Source: a virus
Strand: one strand, 5' to 3'
Virus record (IMG/VR): IMGVR_UViG_3300045960_000114
Span: 32,001 to 96,000 of that record
Length of the DNA stretch: 64,000 bases
Shown here: in pieces, positions 1 through 9,815 of the stretch
How the letters are laid out: every line of letters begins with the position of its first letter
Position numbering within the stretch: position 1 is the first letter of the stretch
Notes under the pieces: model-generated
Seen by the model: the letters and a program-made list of their open reading frames with translations, nothing else
What the model was told of the DNA's origin: nothing
Database searches by the model: none
Translations under genes and position numbers: made by a program

Positions 1-39
1 AGATCGGAACCAAGGGTACCTACTAAGGGAGGACGTAAG

Positions 40-429
40 ATGAACAAGCAGGCATTCGAGATGGGTCTGTGCGTTGGCTACGCTTCGGCGGTCATGCCGA
101 CGAATGAGGCGTTCGAGAAGAGCGCGTCGATCACCGGTTTCAAGGCTGCCGACATCAAGCGCGCCTATGTTGAGAAGGTTGCGTCGCCGTGGCTGCCGCT
201 GCTGGCTGGCGGCGCTGGGCTAGCGCTTGGCGCGAATGTCCTCCCGCGCATGTACCGCTGGGCGATGGGTGGCGACCCGCAGGCGAGCCCCGTGCAGAAC
301 GAAGTCCAGATGGACCCGTTCCACCAGCAGCTGCGCCGGCAGACCATGTACAACCAGGGTCTGTCCCGCGACCTGCAGGCGGCGCGCGGTGCGTTCGCGC
401 CGGCAGCGAACCCGTTTGGCCAGTCGTAA
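40..429 (+). CDS. Putative head-internal virion protein with K-x-A motifs; paralog of the next gene
   Basis: RBS GGGAGG upstream; motifs KQA, KSA, KAA, KVA; C-terminal ~80 aa aligns with 465..749. Confidence 0.8.
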   Translation: MNKQAFEMGLCVGYASAVMPTNEAFEKSASITGFKAADIKRAYVEKVASPWLPLLAGGAGLALGANVLPRMYRWAMGGDPQASPVQNEVQMDPFHQQLRRQTMYNQGLSRDLQAARGAFAPAANPFGQS

Positions 430-464
430 GCAGACCCACTCAGGCATCGATTTGAAGAGGAACG

Positions 465-749
465 ATGATGAACAGTGCACGGGAATACCTGGTCAAATCG
501 GCACTGGATAAGCAGGCGAAGGTGCCGTGGCTTCCCCTGCTTGCTGGTGGTGCGTTGGGCGCTTACGCGATCCCCAAGCTGTACAAGTACCTGATGGGTG
601 GCGACCCGCAGGCGCCGGAAGTGCAGAATGAGGTCGACATGGATCCGGCACACCAGCAGATACGCCGGATGGCGCTGTACAACCAGTCGTTGTCACGTGA
701 CCTGCAGGGTGCCAAGGGTGCATTCGGCGCTGCGCAGAGTCCGATGTAA
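465..749 (+). CDS. Putative head-internal virion protein; tandem paralog of 40..429
   Basis: GAGGA RBS; shares PWLPLLAGG...MGGDPQA..VQNEV.MDP.HQQ.RR...YNQ.LSRDLQ.A.GAF. Confidence 0.8.
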   Translation: MMNSAREYLVKSALDKQAKVPWLPLLAGGALGAYAIPKLYKYLMGGDPQAPEVQNEVDMDPAHQQIRRMALYNQSLSRDLQGAKGAFGAAQSPM

Positions 750-761
750 GAGATGTCAACT

Positions 762-789
762 GGGCGGGAAGCTGTAACGCTTCCCGCCC
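762..789 (+). other. Intergenic 11-bp GC-rich hairpin without U-tract
   Basis: gggcgggaagc-tgtaac-gcttcccgccc. Confidence 0.6.
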
Positions 790-828
790 GTGCCGTTTGA
801 GGTAAATGTCGGATACGGAGGATGCAGC

Positions 829-3096
829 ATGCCCGGACCCACCTCCTCGGATGCAAATTTTGAGGCAACCTTCGCGGACCTCGCATTTGCACGCCTTCGT
901 GACAAGGCGCCCAGCCTGCTCGACTATCTTGTCGGCTTCCAGCTTGTTGACAAGAATGACGAGGAAACGCACGCCATCGGCGTGTTTGGTTTCAAGGTGG
1001 GTAAAGAATGGGTGTACTCGCCGGTGTTTTTCATCAACGGCGAACTGAAGGGTCACGAGCTCATGTACATCAAGGGCCAGGACTCCTTCGTCCCCATGAC
1101 TGAACAATGGGTCAACTACGTGTTGAACCGCAGACCGAAGATCCTCGGTGAGAAGGAGGATACTCCACGGCCTCGGCTAAACCTGCGCCAGCCGGACTTC
1201 GATCTGTTTGCCCGCGCCCCCTATATCGGTTCCAAGTACGCTTCGGCAAACAAGGGCCGCATGCGGGAATGGGTGCACGATTTCCTGGACGTGTTCTCCT
1301 CCGAGCCGTGGAGCGAGAAGTACGCCAGCCTCGACCTTCCACACATGCTTAAGCGGTTTGGCAAGAAGGCGGCCATGTCCCTGTTCGAGACGATGACTTC
1401 AGATGAGGATTTCTCCCGGGCCGTGCTGAAGTTCTACGACCCACGCGAGCTGATCGAGGCGACTAAGCAGGCCGACATCGACGAGGTGGCCAAGGAACAG
1501 CGTAAGGGCAAGTCTTCCCTGCCCAAGCCGATTGTCCTGACCCGTGGCGATGACCAGAGCAACATTCTGCTGGACCTAACAGAAAAGGAAAAGGAGCAGC
1601 TGGCAAAGGGTGAGTACGTCGTCCGCAACTACACCGACCCGAGCCTGATCAGCCGGGTGGTGAAGGTGCAGTTGCCTCTGACGCTTAATGGTCCGGACCG
1701 CTCCGGCTTCTTCGATGTGTTGACCAAGGGACTCGAGCCGCGCAAGGCACTGGTCATCGTGGACTCGGCTCCGATTGGGTACGCAGCCTACCGCGATCCT
1801 CGCGTGAGTGTGGTCGTCGACATGGAGACCAAGCAGTTCGGGAACTACGGCAAGTCCGACATCATGGTTGGGAAACATTACGGCCAGGATGAGTTCAGCA
1901 AGTGGTGGAAGGGGCTGCCCGCCGGTGACAGCCTGCAGCCGGGCGACGTTGGCGTGCTGATCAACGAGAAGGGTGAAGGCACCTGCGTATTCGAGGCCGA
2001 GAACTCCTCGACGCTTGGCGGACGGACTGAAGTGCGGGTCTACGGCAGGAATTCTCTTTCACCCGGCGCCACGGTGCGCAAGGAGCCCTATCGCCCGAGG
2101 TCGGACAGCGGCCAGTCGGACTCAGTCGAATCGCTCGTTTTCTGCGAAAAGGAAGGCGACAAGCTGATTCGAGTTGGTGAGAGCTTTTTCGTCCCGAAGG
2201 GCTTCAAGTTCTTCAAGATCGACAAGATGGCGCGCTCGAACTACCCGAGTTCAGTAGGAAAGAGCAAGGGGCCGAAGAATCTGACGCTTGGTACGGTCGA
2301 GGATGTACGCGACAGCCTCAAGATCGCTGCCGATAAGGGCGAGGGCGCGTTTATAGCGATGCGCACCGACGGTCTCCGATTCATCCCGGTCGTCAACGAC
2401 GAACAGGTCGGGTACATGCCGAAGGAGTCGGCATTCCGTTACTTGATCTACCGGCACGGAATGTCGGCGGATGATGCCCACATGCTCCTGAAGAGCGCTG
2501 CCGTGCGACAAAATGGCGAGACGTTCTTCATCAAATACAGCTGGGGCGAGCCGCCCCAGAGCGCCTGGTTCCCCGAACCGCTCACTGGAATGGAGTACGG
2601 CCTGAATGTGCCGATTCAGTACCCATCAATGACGGCGCAGAACCTGGGGCAGAACGACACCTCAGGTGCGCGTGATGCGTACCGACACCGCTGGGATGAT
2701 GACCTCAATCAGCCGTATCGAACGAGGTTCGTGGATCAGAACGTCAAGGATCAGGCCAGCGCCGCCTCCCAGCTTGGTCAGAAGGAAGTCCTTGATACGT
2801 CAGTGATTACTGGTTTGGTCAAGACGATGGACTCGGACAGCACAGTCGATGGGTACATCGGCGACCTGTTGCTGGCCCTGGATCGGCTTGGCCGAATCCT
2901 CTTCCTTTATTACTGGCACAACGACAAGTTCCGGGAACGGTACGGCAGCCAGGACATGTCCGAGCTGGAAGACAACCTCCGGAATGTTTTCAAGAACCTG
3001 GGCGAGCTGGCCCTGTTCCTGAAGCAGAAGACGGTTGAGCCGGACAAGGCTGATACCTCTGAGGCCAAGCTGACGGACGTCGTTTCAGGAGCTTAA
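829..3096 (+). CDS. Large hypothetical virion/head-associated protein (~755 aa)
   Basis: GGAGGA RBS at 817-822 favours ATG 829 over GTG 790; long ORF with phage-typical codon use; several K-x-A motifs (KYA, KKA, KQA, KIA, KSA). Confidence 0.8.
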   Translation: MPGPTSSDANFEATFADLAFARLRDKAPSLLDYLVGFQLVDKNDEETHAIGVFGFKVGKEWVYSPVFFINGELKGHELMYIKGQDSFVPMTEQWVNYVLNRRPKILGEKEDTPRPRLNLRQPDFDLFARAPYIGSKYASANKGRMREWVHDFLDVFSSEPWSEKYASLDLPHMLKRFGKKAAMSLFETMTSDEDFSRAVLKFYDPRELIEATKQADIDEVAKEQRKGKSSLPKPIVLTRGDDQSNILLDLTEKEKEQLAKGEYVVRNYTDPSLISRVVKVQLPLTLNGPDRSGFFDVLTKGLEPRKALVIVDSAPIGYAAYRDPRVSVVVDMETKQFGNYGKSDIMVGKHYGQDEFSKWWKGLPAGDSLQPGDVGVLINEKGEGTCVFEAENSSTLGGRTEVRVYGRNSLSPGATVRKEPYRPRSDSGQSDSVESLVFCEKEGDKLIRVGESFFVPKGFKFFKIDKMARSNYPSSVGKSKGPKNLTLGTVEDVRDSLKIAADKGEGAFIAMRTDGLRFIPVVNDEQVGYMPKESAFRYLIYRHGMSADDAHMLLKSAAVRQNGETFFIKYSWGEPPQSAWFPEPLTGMEYGLNVPIQYPSMTAQNLGQNDTSGARDAYRHRWDDDLNQPYRTRFVDQNVKDQASAASQLGQKEVLDTSVITGLVKTMDSDSTVDGYIGDLLLALDRLGRILFLYYWHNDKFRERYGSQDMSELEDNLRNVFKNLGELALFLKQKTVEPDKADTSEAKLTDVVSGA

Positions 3097-3100
3097 CCTC

Positions 3101-3583
3101 ATGAACAGTGTGCGCACTTACCTGATCAAGTTAGCCGCAGCTGATGACGGGCTGCCTGGCTTGAAGGAACTGAGTGAAAGCACGGGGATCGATTTTCCGG
3201 GTGATAAACCAGAGGATCGACGGGCGCGCTACTCCCTGATGGATCTCGGCGAGAAGGGTCCGCTGATGTCTCGCGAGGCTGTGAATGCATACCTCAGGAA
3301 GAATACACCAAAGTACACCCCAAAGAGTGACTGGATAGGTAGGGGCGCGCTTATCGGTGCTGTTGGGTTGCCGCTATTCCTTAAGCATAGAGAGCTGAGG
3401 AGAATGGCCAACTCGGCAAAGCCGAACCAAAATACCTTGAAACAGGTGCTACAGCTGGCGGGCATGGGGGCGATTGGTGGCGCCGGCGTTGGCGCGTACA
3501 AACGTTACACCAGCCAGCAAGAGACGACTGAGAAGGCCATTGACGAGTACAACAAGCTTCGGCTGAGCAAGATGTACAAGTGA
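3101..3583 (+). CDS. Small protein with N-terminal YLIKLA motif and two Gly-zipper hydrophobic segments
   Basis: AGGAG RBS; GRGALIGAVG and LAGMGAIGGAGVGAY. Confidence 0.75.
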   Translation: MNSVRTYLIKLAAADDGLPGLKELSESTGIDFPGDKPEDRRARYSLMDLGEKGPLMSREAVNAYLRKNTPKYTPKSDWIGRGALIGAVGLPLFLKHRELRRMANSAKPNQNTLKQVLQLAGMGAIGGAGVGAYKRYTSQQETTEKAIDEYNKLRLSKMYK

Positions 3584-3590
3584 GCTAACC

Positions 3591-4448
3591 ATGGACGAGC
3601 TGGCCAGCCTGCCATCAGAAGACGCGCCGGATTGGCGTTGGGCCGTCGTCCGTGCCATGTACGACAATGGCGACCCGCCCACACGCAACCCGGATGAACA
3701 TCTCTTCAATCGCGGGCTGCGCTTCCTTCGCCGGATAAAGAAGGGGCGGATTGTTGATGTGCTGGCCGCGAAGCGGGAGTATCCTGATCTGTATACAGCG
3801 CACAACATGCACAACAACCCGGCAAGCGAGAAGTGGATCATAGAGGCGGGTCTTCTGACCAACGTCTCGACTGCCGAGCTGGGCAAGTACGTTGCGCAGC
3901 CTGAAGAGGTGATCACTGCCTACGCCACATACTTCTTTGATGTGAAGGCCAAGCTGGATTCACGCGGGTACATCATCAACCGAGTCTTGACACCGGCAAG
4001 CCAGAAGATGGGGATCAACCCCCAGGACCCCGACTTCTCTTACAAGTCGATGGCTTATGGGCTCGGTTGGGAAGGCTTCACTGAGTTCATTGACCGGCGC
4101 GGGATCAGCGACAAGCTGCGTGGCTTCCTGAATACTGACTTCAAGGACAGGTTGGTCAAGTTGGGCTGGATGGCGACGCACGTCGTGAGTCTGAACAACT
4201 TCACGGCCATACCAATCTTCGAGCAGGTGCTGAAGCTGATGGCAATGGAGCTTCAAGTGCGCAACGAGATGGGGGTCTCCAAGGACGAGAGTTTGGCACT
4301 CATGGGTGCGTTGCTTAACTCCTGCAAAGTGACTATACTTCCACATGGTTCGGATCTTTGTCTGGACGAACCGCGCGCGCTGGAGATGATTCACGAGGGG
4401 CAGCCAAAACTGAGTTACGGCGATCCCATTCCGATTGAGAGGAAGTAA
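3591..4448 (+). CDS. Hypothetical protein (285 aa)
   Basis: Tightly packed ORF in the operon; no motif recognised. Confidence 0.75.
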   Translation: MDELASLPSEDAPDWRWAVVRAMYDNGDPPTRNPDEHLFNRGLRFLRRIKKGRIVDVLAAKREYPDLYTAHNMHNNPASEKWIIEAGLLTNVSTAELGKYVAQPEEVITAYATYFFDVKAKLDSRGYIINRVLTPASQKMGINPQDPDFSYKSMAYGLGWEGFTEFIDRRGISDKLRGFLNTDFKDRLVKLGWMATHVVSLNNFTAIPIFEQVLKLMAMELQVRNEMGVSKDESLALMGALLNSCKVTILPHGSDLCLDEPRALEMIHEGQPKLSYGDPIPIERK

Positions 4449-4449
4449 C

Positions 4450-5829
4450 ATGGAAGAGCTGAGCAAACAGGATGAGTCTCGAATCCTGGGCGCGTTGGAG
4501 CGAGCCATCGTGATGGCCAACGATGGATCTCATCCTACCGAGGCCATCCAGAAGGTGGCAGAGGACGGCAAGTTCACGCCGCCGATGATCCAGCGCATGG
4601 TCGAAGCCTACAACGTCTCCAAGATGATCAACCATCTTGGGCACGTGAAGGGTGCTGCCCGCGCCGACACCTTCCCCATCGCCTCAGCTGAGAAGATCAT
4701 TGAGGCCATGTATCCATCAAACATGGTAGCGCCGTCGGTCAAGGTGGCCGCGACCTACGTGCCGGTGGAACTGCAATCAGAGAGACACAACTTCAACAAG
4801 GTAGCTAACAAGCTGTCGGATCTGATTGCGGACAGCGCGTTCAACAAGAAGGCTGAGCCGTACGCGCCAGATCCTCTGACTGCAGAGAAGCGCAAGTTCG
4901 CTCAGCTGTCGCAGTTGAAGAAGGCGGAGGACGAGGCGATGAGCCGTGTCCGGCGCCACTACTTCGAGTTGCTCGGATTGACCAAGCAGGCGGCATCTCA
5001 GTTCCGTTTTGTGGCTCACCGGTCATTCGCTGAAGTCGAGCAGGACATCGTGGCCGCGCATGGATCGATGGGCAAGATGGCGATGGACATGGTGTACAGC
5101 TGGGGCGGACTGACCGAGAAGCGCGCGAAGATCGACGAGGCGCACCGGGCATTTTTCAAACCAAACGAACACCCGTACCGCACGGTTCTGGCCATGATCA
5201 AGGAAAGCCAGGAGATGGCGCGTGCCGCCAGCGATGCGGCGAAAGCCAGCCTGGCATGTCGCGAGAGCGAGGCGCTGGTCGGTGTCCCGAAACGGATGAC
5301 GAAGGAAGCGGCAAGGCGTGAGTTGGACTCGATCCTGGGCGACGATTCGGATGAAGACGACTTCTCCAAGCAAGCGCTCGAGGACACCCCTCCGGTCCCG
5401 TTTGTTCATCCGAATGTGCTCGATTCGATGAAGAACATTGCCGGCATCGGGATGAGCATGTCTGGTGTCAGGCCGCGTCCGTACGAGGATGTTAAAGAGG
5501 ATGTTGTGCAGGAGATGGCGGATCCCGTGCATGAGACAAAAATGCAGGGTATTCGTACGCAGGCCATCCTGAACGACTTCATGTCCAACGATCCGGTGCT
5601 GTCCACGTACCCACCGCATGAGGTGGCCAAGGCGTACAACAGCGTGGCCGACCTGTCGCCCGGTGTTGCACAGCAGCCGGCGGTTCTGCGCGGCGTACTT
5701 CGCCGTATGATGCAGCAGGAAGGCGTGATCGAGCCGTTCGAGGCGCAGCAGCTAACGCAGGTGGATAGGCATCTGCGCGGCTCAAGCGGTAATGAGGGGC
5801 GCCAGTCGCCAACAGAGTCTTCGCGCTGA
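4450..5829 (+). CDS. Helical putative head-internal protein with many K-x-A motifs
   Basis: ATG 4450 directly follows the previous stop; KVAA, KVA, KKA, KQAA, KEAA, KQA. Confidence 0.8.
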   Translation: MEELSKQDESRILGALERAIVMANDGSHPTEAIQKVAEDGKFTPPMIQRMVEAYNVSKMINHLGHVKGAARADTFPIASAEKIIEAMYPSNMVAPSVKVAATYVPVELQSERHNFNKVANKLSDLIADSAFNKKAEPYAPDPLTAEKRKFAQLSQLKKAEDEAMSRVRRHYFELLGLTKQAASQFRFVAHRSFAEVEQDIVAAHGSMGKMAMDMVYSWGGLTEKRAKIDEAHRAFFKPNEHPYRTVLAMIKESQEMARAASDAAKASLACRESEALVGVPKRMTKEAARRELDSILGDDSDEDDFSKQALEDTPPVPFVHPNVLDSMKNIAGIGMSMSGVRPRPYEDVKEDVVQEMADPVHETKMQGIRTQAILNDFMSNDPVLSTYPPHEVAKAYNSVADLSPGVAQQPAVLRGVLRRMMQQEGVIEPFEAQQLTQVDRHLRGSSGNEGRQSPTESSR

Positions 5830-5884
5830 TTGGTGTTGCTTAGGCGTCGTCAGATAGTAAGGTTGTAATGGGAGATACAGTAGG

Positions 5885-6625
5885 ATGAACGACTTGGTTG
5901 ATACGCTGGCCGTACGTTGCGTTCTTACTAAAGAAGCGATGACGGGCGTCGGCGTCGATCAAGACCCCGAGACTCGCCGTCTTCGCAACCTGTTCGACCA
6001 GTCCGTTGCTCGTGAGCAGGCTTTGCGAAGGCATGCGCAGCGTATGCACGACATGGCGCAATCCGCCAGTCAGAGCGAGCCGAATGAGGTTGGCGACATC
6101 ATCGGGGAGTCCGCTGCCCGGCTTCTTCCTATTCCGCGCTCGCTGGGTGAGGCCGCGATCAGAACTCCAATCGTGGGTGCATCGGCGCTTGCCGGCAAGC
6201 AGCTGATGCAGACGCATACCAACTCAGACCTGAAACGATTGTTTTCCGGTAGAGGCAGTTTCAAGTGGGACCGGCCTAATCTTTCGGGGAAGAAGACCAA
6301 TCTTCCGATTCGTGGACTTGTTGGCGGGCTTGCTGGCGCGGCAATAGGATCGGTTGCCACGGGCATTCCTATGGCCATCATGCACGCGATCAAGAAGATG
6401 CAGGGTGGCGAGACGGCTTACGATGCGCGCGAGGTTGCGGAAGAAGTGCAGGGCAGGGCCGAAGCCGAGCAGGCTAAGCGCGAAGAGCTGCTGAATCAGA
6501 TCAAAGCACGCATTCCGCAGCCTGCGGCCAATGCGCCCGTAGGTAAGGCGGCTGAATCGAATACGCAAGCTGAAGCTCTGGTGGACAAGATAAAGAAACG
6601 GGTGGAGGAGCATCAGCATGCTTAA
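5885..6625 (+). CDS. Putative head-internal protein with Gly-zipper segment
   Basis: LTKEA near N-terminus; GLVGGLAGAAIGSVATG; 8-nt overlap with the protease gene. Confidence 0.75.
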   Translation: MNDLVDTLAVRCVLTKEAMTGVGVDQDPETRRLRNLFDQSVAREQALRRHAQRMHDMAQSASQSEPNEVGDIIGESAARLLPIPRSLGEAAIRTPIVGASALAGKQLMQTHTNSDLKRLFSGRGSFKWDRPNLSGKKTNLPIRGLVGGLAGAAIGSVATGIPMAIMHAIKKMQGGETAYDAREVAEEVQGRAEAEQAKREELLNQIKARIPQPAANAPVGKAAESNTQAEALVDKIKKRVEEHQHA

Positions 6626-8075
6626 GATCGTTCTCTCGGGCTCATTTGACTTCGGCATTCCGACGGCGGCGCTGGTTGACGTCCACCGGCGCGGACCTGA
6701 TTCGGTATGGATGCAGAAGCGCGCAGCTGTCTTGACCCGCGAGCTGGAAGGAATTCGCCCGGAGCCCGGCCATTCGCACCTTCATCTGATCTCCATGGGC
6801 GCGATGGAAGCCTACGGGTTCAACAGGAACGGTGACGGCTTTAACGAGAAGACCGGCAGCTTCGAGATTCCGGAGCCGAAAGCCGGCACGCCGAAGATCA
6901 TCAAGCTGGCTGGCGGGCTGATCGACTTCCACCCGACCTTCCTAAAGTACGGCCATGTCTTCAAGCACCACATCAACAAAGACCCGCAGCGCGCGATCGG
7001 CGAGATCAAGGCGGCTGCGTTCAACCCCGAGATGCGGCGCGGCGAGCTGATCATTAAGGTACCGCACGGGCGTGAGTGGGATGACGACCTTCAGAAGCTG
7101 GCCAGCGGCAAGGACATCGCGTTCTCGATGGCCTGCAAGGTGGCCTACGACATCTGCAGCATCTGCGGCAATCGCGCCAAGACCCGGGCTGATTACTGCG
7201 ACCATGCTGCGAACCACATGTCCGCGATCACCAAAGAGGGGCACCAGGTTGGTGTCATCAACGACGCCCCTTCTTTTTTTGATATCAGCAAGGTGATCAA
7301 GCCCGCTGACCGAATCGCCTTCTCGCTGTACAAGGCGGCATCCGCCACTGCAGAGATGAGCGGTGCGGCGCTGGCTGAGGAGATCGGTCTGCTGGAGCCC
7401 AAGATCTACATCCCGTCGACACCGCTATCCTTGCTCTACAAGGAAAAGTTGGCGGCTGTTCGCAAACTGGCTGACATGGAAAAAGAAGTCGAGACCAAAG
7501 CCAGGGGCAGCGACAACAAACACCTGTCTGATCTCGGGGCGGCGACCAAGACGGATGAATGTAGTGAGGAGTTACAGAAACTCAAGGGCTGCCCGCTGGC
7601 GCAGGTTTTGAGTTCGTTGCACGACGCGCGCATCTCCCTGTCGCTCCGGGACTTCTTCAAACTGGTATCGAATGAGTCGATACCGGAGGGGGATCTAGAG
7701 GACGCGGAAGGCATGCTTCCCGGCATGTTCAACCGCATGCTGTCGGATGGCTCGGCGGATGACGACGCGCGTGACTCCGCCTACGACGGCGTTTCAGGTT
7801 CGCTTCCCGAGCCAATCCGCGAGATGATCGAGAAGATGACCGGGTCGCATTCAATGAGTGGGAATCCCGCACGCATGCGCGTGAGGGTGATGATCATACG
7901 TGGGGTGAAACCGAAAGTACGCCAACTCGATACGAAGCAGGCTTCGTGGAATGAGAAAGCAGCGGAACTGGTCAGGGAATATGGCCGGTACCAACTTGCT
8001 TTCGCAGCCCGCGAACGCCAGAAGGACATGCCAAGTAACGAGTTGACAGTGCTCAGGAATTACCTTACATTTTAA
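6618..8075 (+). CDS. Prohead (capsid maturation) protease, HK97-like fold with Cys/His Zn-finger insertion
   Basis: HVFKHH, IGEI, GELII, DIAFSMACKV, CSICGN...YCDH, FFDISKVIKPAD; position upstream of scaffold/decoration/capsid genes. Confidence 0.8.
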   Translation: MLKIVLSGSFDFGIPTAALVDVHRRGPDSVWMQKRAAVLTRELEGIRPEPGHSHLHLISMGAMEAYGFNRNGDGFNEKTGSFEIPEPKAGTPKIIKLAGGLIDFHPTFLKYGHVFKHHINKDPQRAIGEIKAAAFNPEMRRGELIIKVPHGREWDDDLQKLASGKDIAFSMACKVAYDICSICGNRAKTRADYCDHAANHMSAITKEGHQVGVINDAPSFFDISKVIKPADRIAFSLYKAASATAEMSGAALAEEIGLLEPKIYIPSTPLSLLYKEKLAAVRKLADMEKEVETKARGSDNKHLSDLGAATKTDECSEELQKLKGCPLAQVLSSLHDARISLSLRDFFKLVSNESIPEGDLEDAEGMLPGMFNRMLSDGSADDDARDSAYDGVSGSLPEPIREMIEKMTGSHSMSGNPARMRVRVMIIRGVKPKVRQLDTKQASWNEKAAELVREYGRYQLAFAARERQKDMPSNELTVLRNYLTF

Positions 8076-8115
8076 TGCCGGACAACGACCGGCTGGCCTT
8101 ACGGGAGGCAAACCA

Positions 8116-9342
8116 ATGGCTGATAAGAAACTCGGGAACGCGCTGGCCCTTCTGCAGACCTTCATCAAGGAGGCACAGAAGTCTGAACAGATGGCGAAGA
8201 AGGCCACTGACCCCAGCGAGCCCACATCACATCCTGTGATGAAGTCGGAAGACGGAACCCAGAAGGCGCAGGAAGGCGCCAAGGGCACTGAGCTCACCAG
8301 CGACATCCGCAAGGCGTACGGTGAGTCCGGCGTGACCGGCCAGCAGGACGCCGGCAGCGCTCCGAACAACAGTGAGAAGTCCATCGGCGAGATGAAGCCG
8401 TTGGCCTCGGATTCGATGGGCGGTAACGTCCAGCAGCCGAAGGCCACCAAGGACGCGCCTCCTGGCAAAGGTCCCGGTGACAATACCTTCTCGGAGAAGT
8501 ATTCCGAGCTGGCGAGCATCGGCAACCGGTTGCTCGGTTCGCTGAGCACGTTGGTCCAGCAGAAGCAGGCTGCCATGCCGCCGCAGCTTGCCGCCGCGTT
8601 GGGAAAGAAGGAAGCTCCCAAGGAGGCGCCTCACGCTGAGACGAAAGCCGAAGAAAAAAAAGAAGGACCGGCCCACGAGAAGACCGAGGGGCCGAAAGTA
8701 GAACAGGCTGAGCACAAGACGGCTGATGCGAAGATGGCCGCCGCTGAGCAGTATCCCGACGATGCGGCAGCCGGCTACATGGTTGCCCAGTCCCTCCTCG
8801 AAGAACTCAATCAGAACCAGATGCAGCAGAAGCAGGCTGCCGATCAGTTCGAAAACATCATCAAGACCGCACAGGCCGACGCTGAGCTGTACGCGAGTTT
8901 TGTCAGTGGGCTCACCAAGGGCGCAGAGTTCGGTCATTTCGCCCGCACGAAGGCTGCCGAAGGACTTCCGATGTCGGAGGAAGGCAGTGAGGGCGGCGAA
9001 GGCGCTGCGGACGCTGGCGGCATGCCGGAAGGTGCTGGCGGCGGTGGGCTCCCGCCCGAAATCATGGCGCAACTGGCTGGCGGTGGCGGCGGTGCCGGGC
9101 CGGAAGCCGGTAGTGCGGGTGGCGAAGGCGGCGGTGACAATGAAGCCGTCATCGACGAGCTGGCCCAGGCGCTGGATCAGGCTGGTGTGACCCCCGAAGA
9201 ACTGGCGCAGGCGATCGCCCAGTCGCAGGGCGGCGGCGAAGGCGGAGAAGGCGGCGCTGGTGGCCCCCCTCCCGAGATGGCCGGCAAGGCTGCTTCCGCG
9301 AGAGTCAAGATGGCCAATGCTCTGAAGAGCCTGGTGGCCTAA
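8116..9342 (+). CDS. Putative capsid scaffolding protein (low-complexity, Ala/Gly/Glu-rich)
   Basis: GGGAGG RBS; between protease and capsid genes; about ten K-x-A motifs. Confidence 0.6.
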   Translation: MADKKLGNALALLQTFIKEAQKSEQMAKKATDPSEPTSHPVMKSEDGTQKAQEGAKGTELTSDIRKAYGESGVTGQQDAGSAPNNSEKSIGEMKPLASDSMGGNVQQPKATKDAPPGKGPGDNTFSEKYSELASIGNRLLGSLSTLVQQKQAAMPPQLAAALGKKEAPKEAPHAETKAEEKKEGPAHEKTEGPKVEQAEHKTADAKMAAAEQYPDDAAAGYMVAQSLLEELNQNQMQQKQAADQFENIIKTAQADAELYASFVSGLTKGAEFGHFARTKAAEGLPMSEEGSEGGEGAADAGGMPEGAGGGGLPPEIMAQLAGGGGGAGPEAGSAGGEGGGDNEAVIDELAQALDQAGVTPEELAQAIAQSQGGGEGGEGGAGGPPPEMAGKAASARVKMANALKSLVA

Positions 9343-9379
9343 CGAATACCTAAACCTTCTCTGAGGAGGAGTGACAACG

Positions 9380-9757
9380 ATGGGCGAGACAAAGATCGAA
9401 AACTTTGAAGTACCGGCACCGGTACTTCAGGACATGATGGCCTTCATCGAGAAGAGTTCGTCTCTGCTCGAAGAGACGGGGCGTGTCCAGGCGGAGATGC
9501 ATCGTCGGGCGCCGGCGCTGGCTGACACGCTCGTCAAGGCGGGTCTGCTGGACGTCAAGTCGCGCGACGCGGCCATCAGCAAGTTGCAGGAACCGCTCCA
9601 AGTCATGGAGAGCCTGCAGAAGACGGCTGAGTACGTGACGCAATCAGTCCCGAGCATGGGTGCTCCGGACACGACACCTCAAGGTTCGGAGAAACCAGCG
9701 TCGGTGAAGGAATCCGACCGGGCGTATTACGCTCGGCTGGGCTTCAACGTAGCGTAA
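9380..9757 (+). CDS. Head-module hypothetical protein
   Basis: GAGGAGGA RBS at 9363-9370; ATG 9380 (alternative GTG 9371). Confidence 0.75.
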   Translation: MGETKIENFEVPAPVLQDMMAFIEKSSSLLEETGRVQAEMHRRAPALADTLVKAGLLDVKSRDAAISKLQEPLQVMESLQKTAEYVTQSVPSMGAPDTTPQGSEKPASVKESDRAYYARLGFNVA

Positions 9758-9815
9758 CTCCGCCGGAGCTAGGGGCTCTGGATTGAAAAAGAATCCTTAA
9801 AGGAGGATCACAAAC

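Noticed and set aside
829-3096. Portal protein assignment for the large head-region ORF
   Set aside because: No portal-like motifs recognised and several K-x-A sites are present; left as hypothetical.
5836-5863. Possible sigma70 promoter TTGCTT-16-TAAGGT
   Set aside because: Weak match in a short spacer within a co-directional late operon; not supportable without TSS data.
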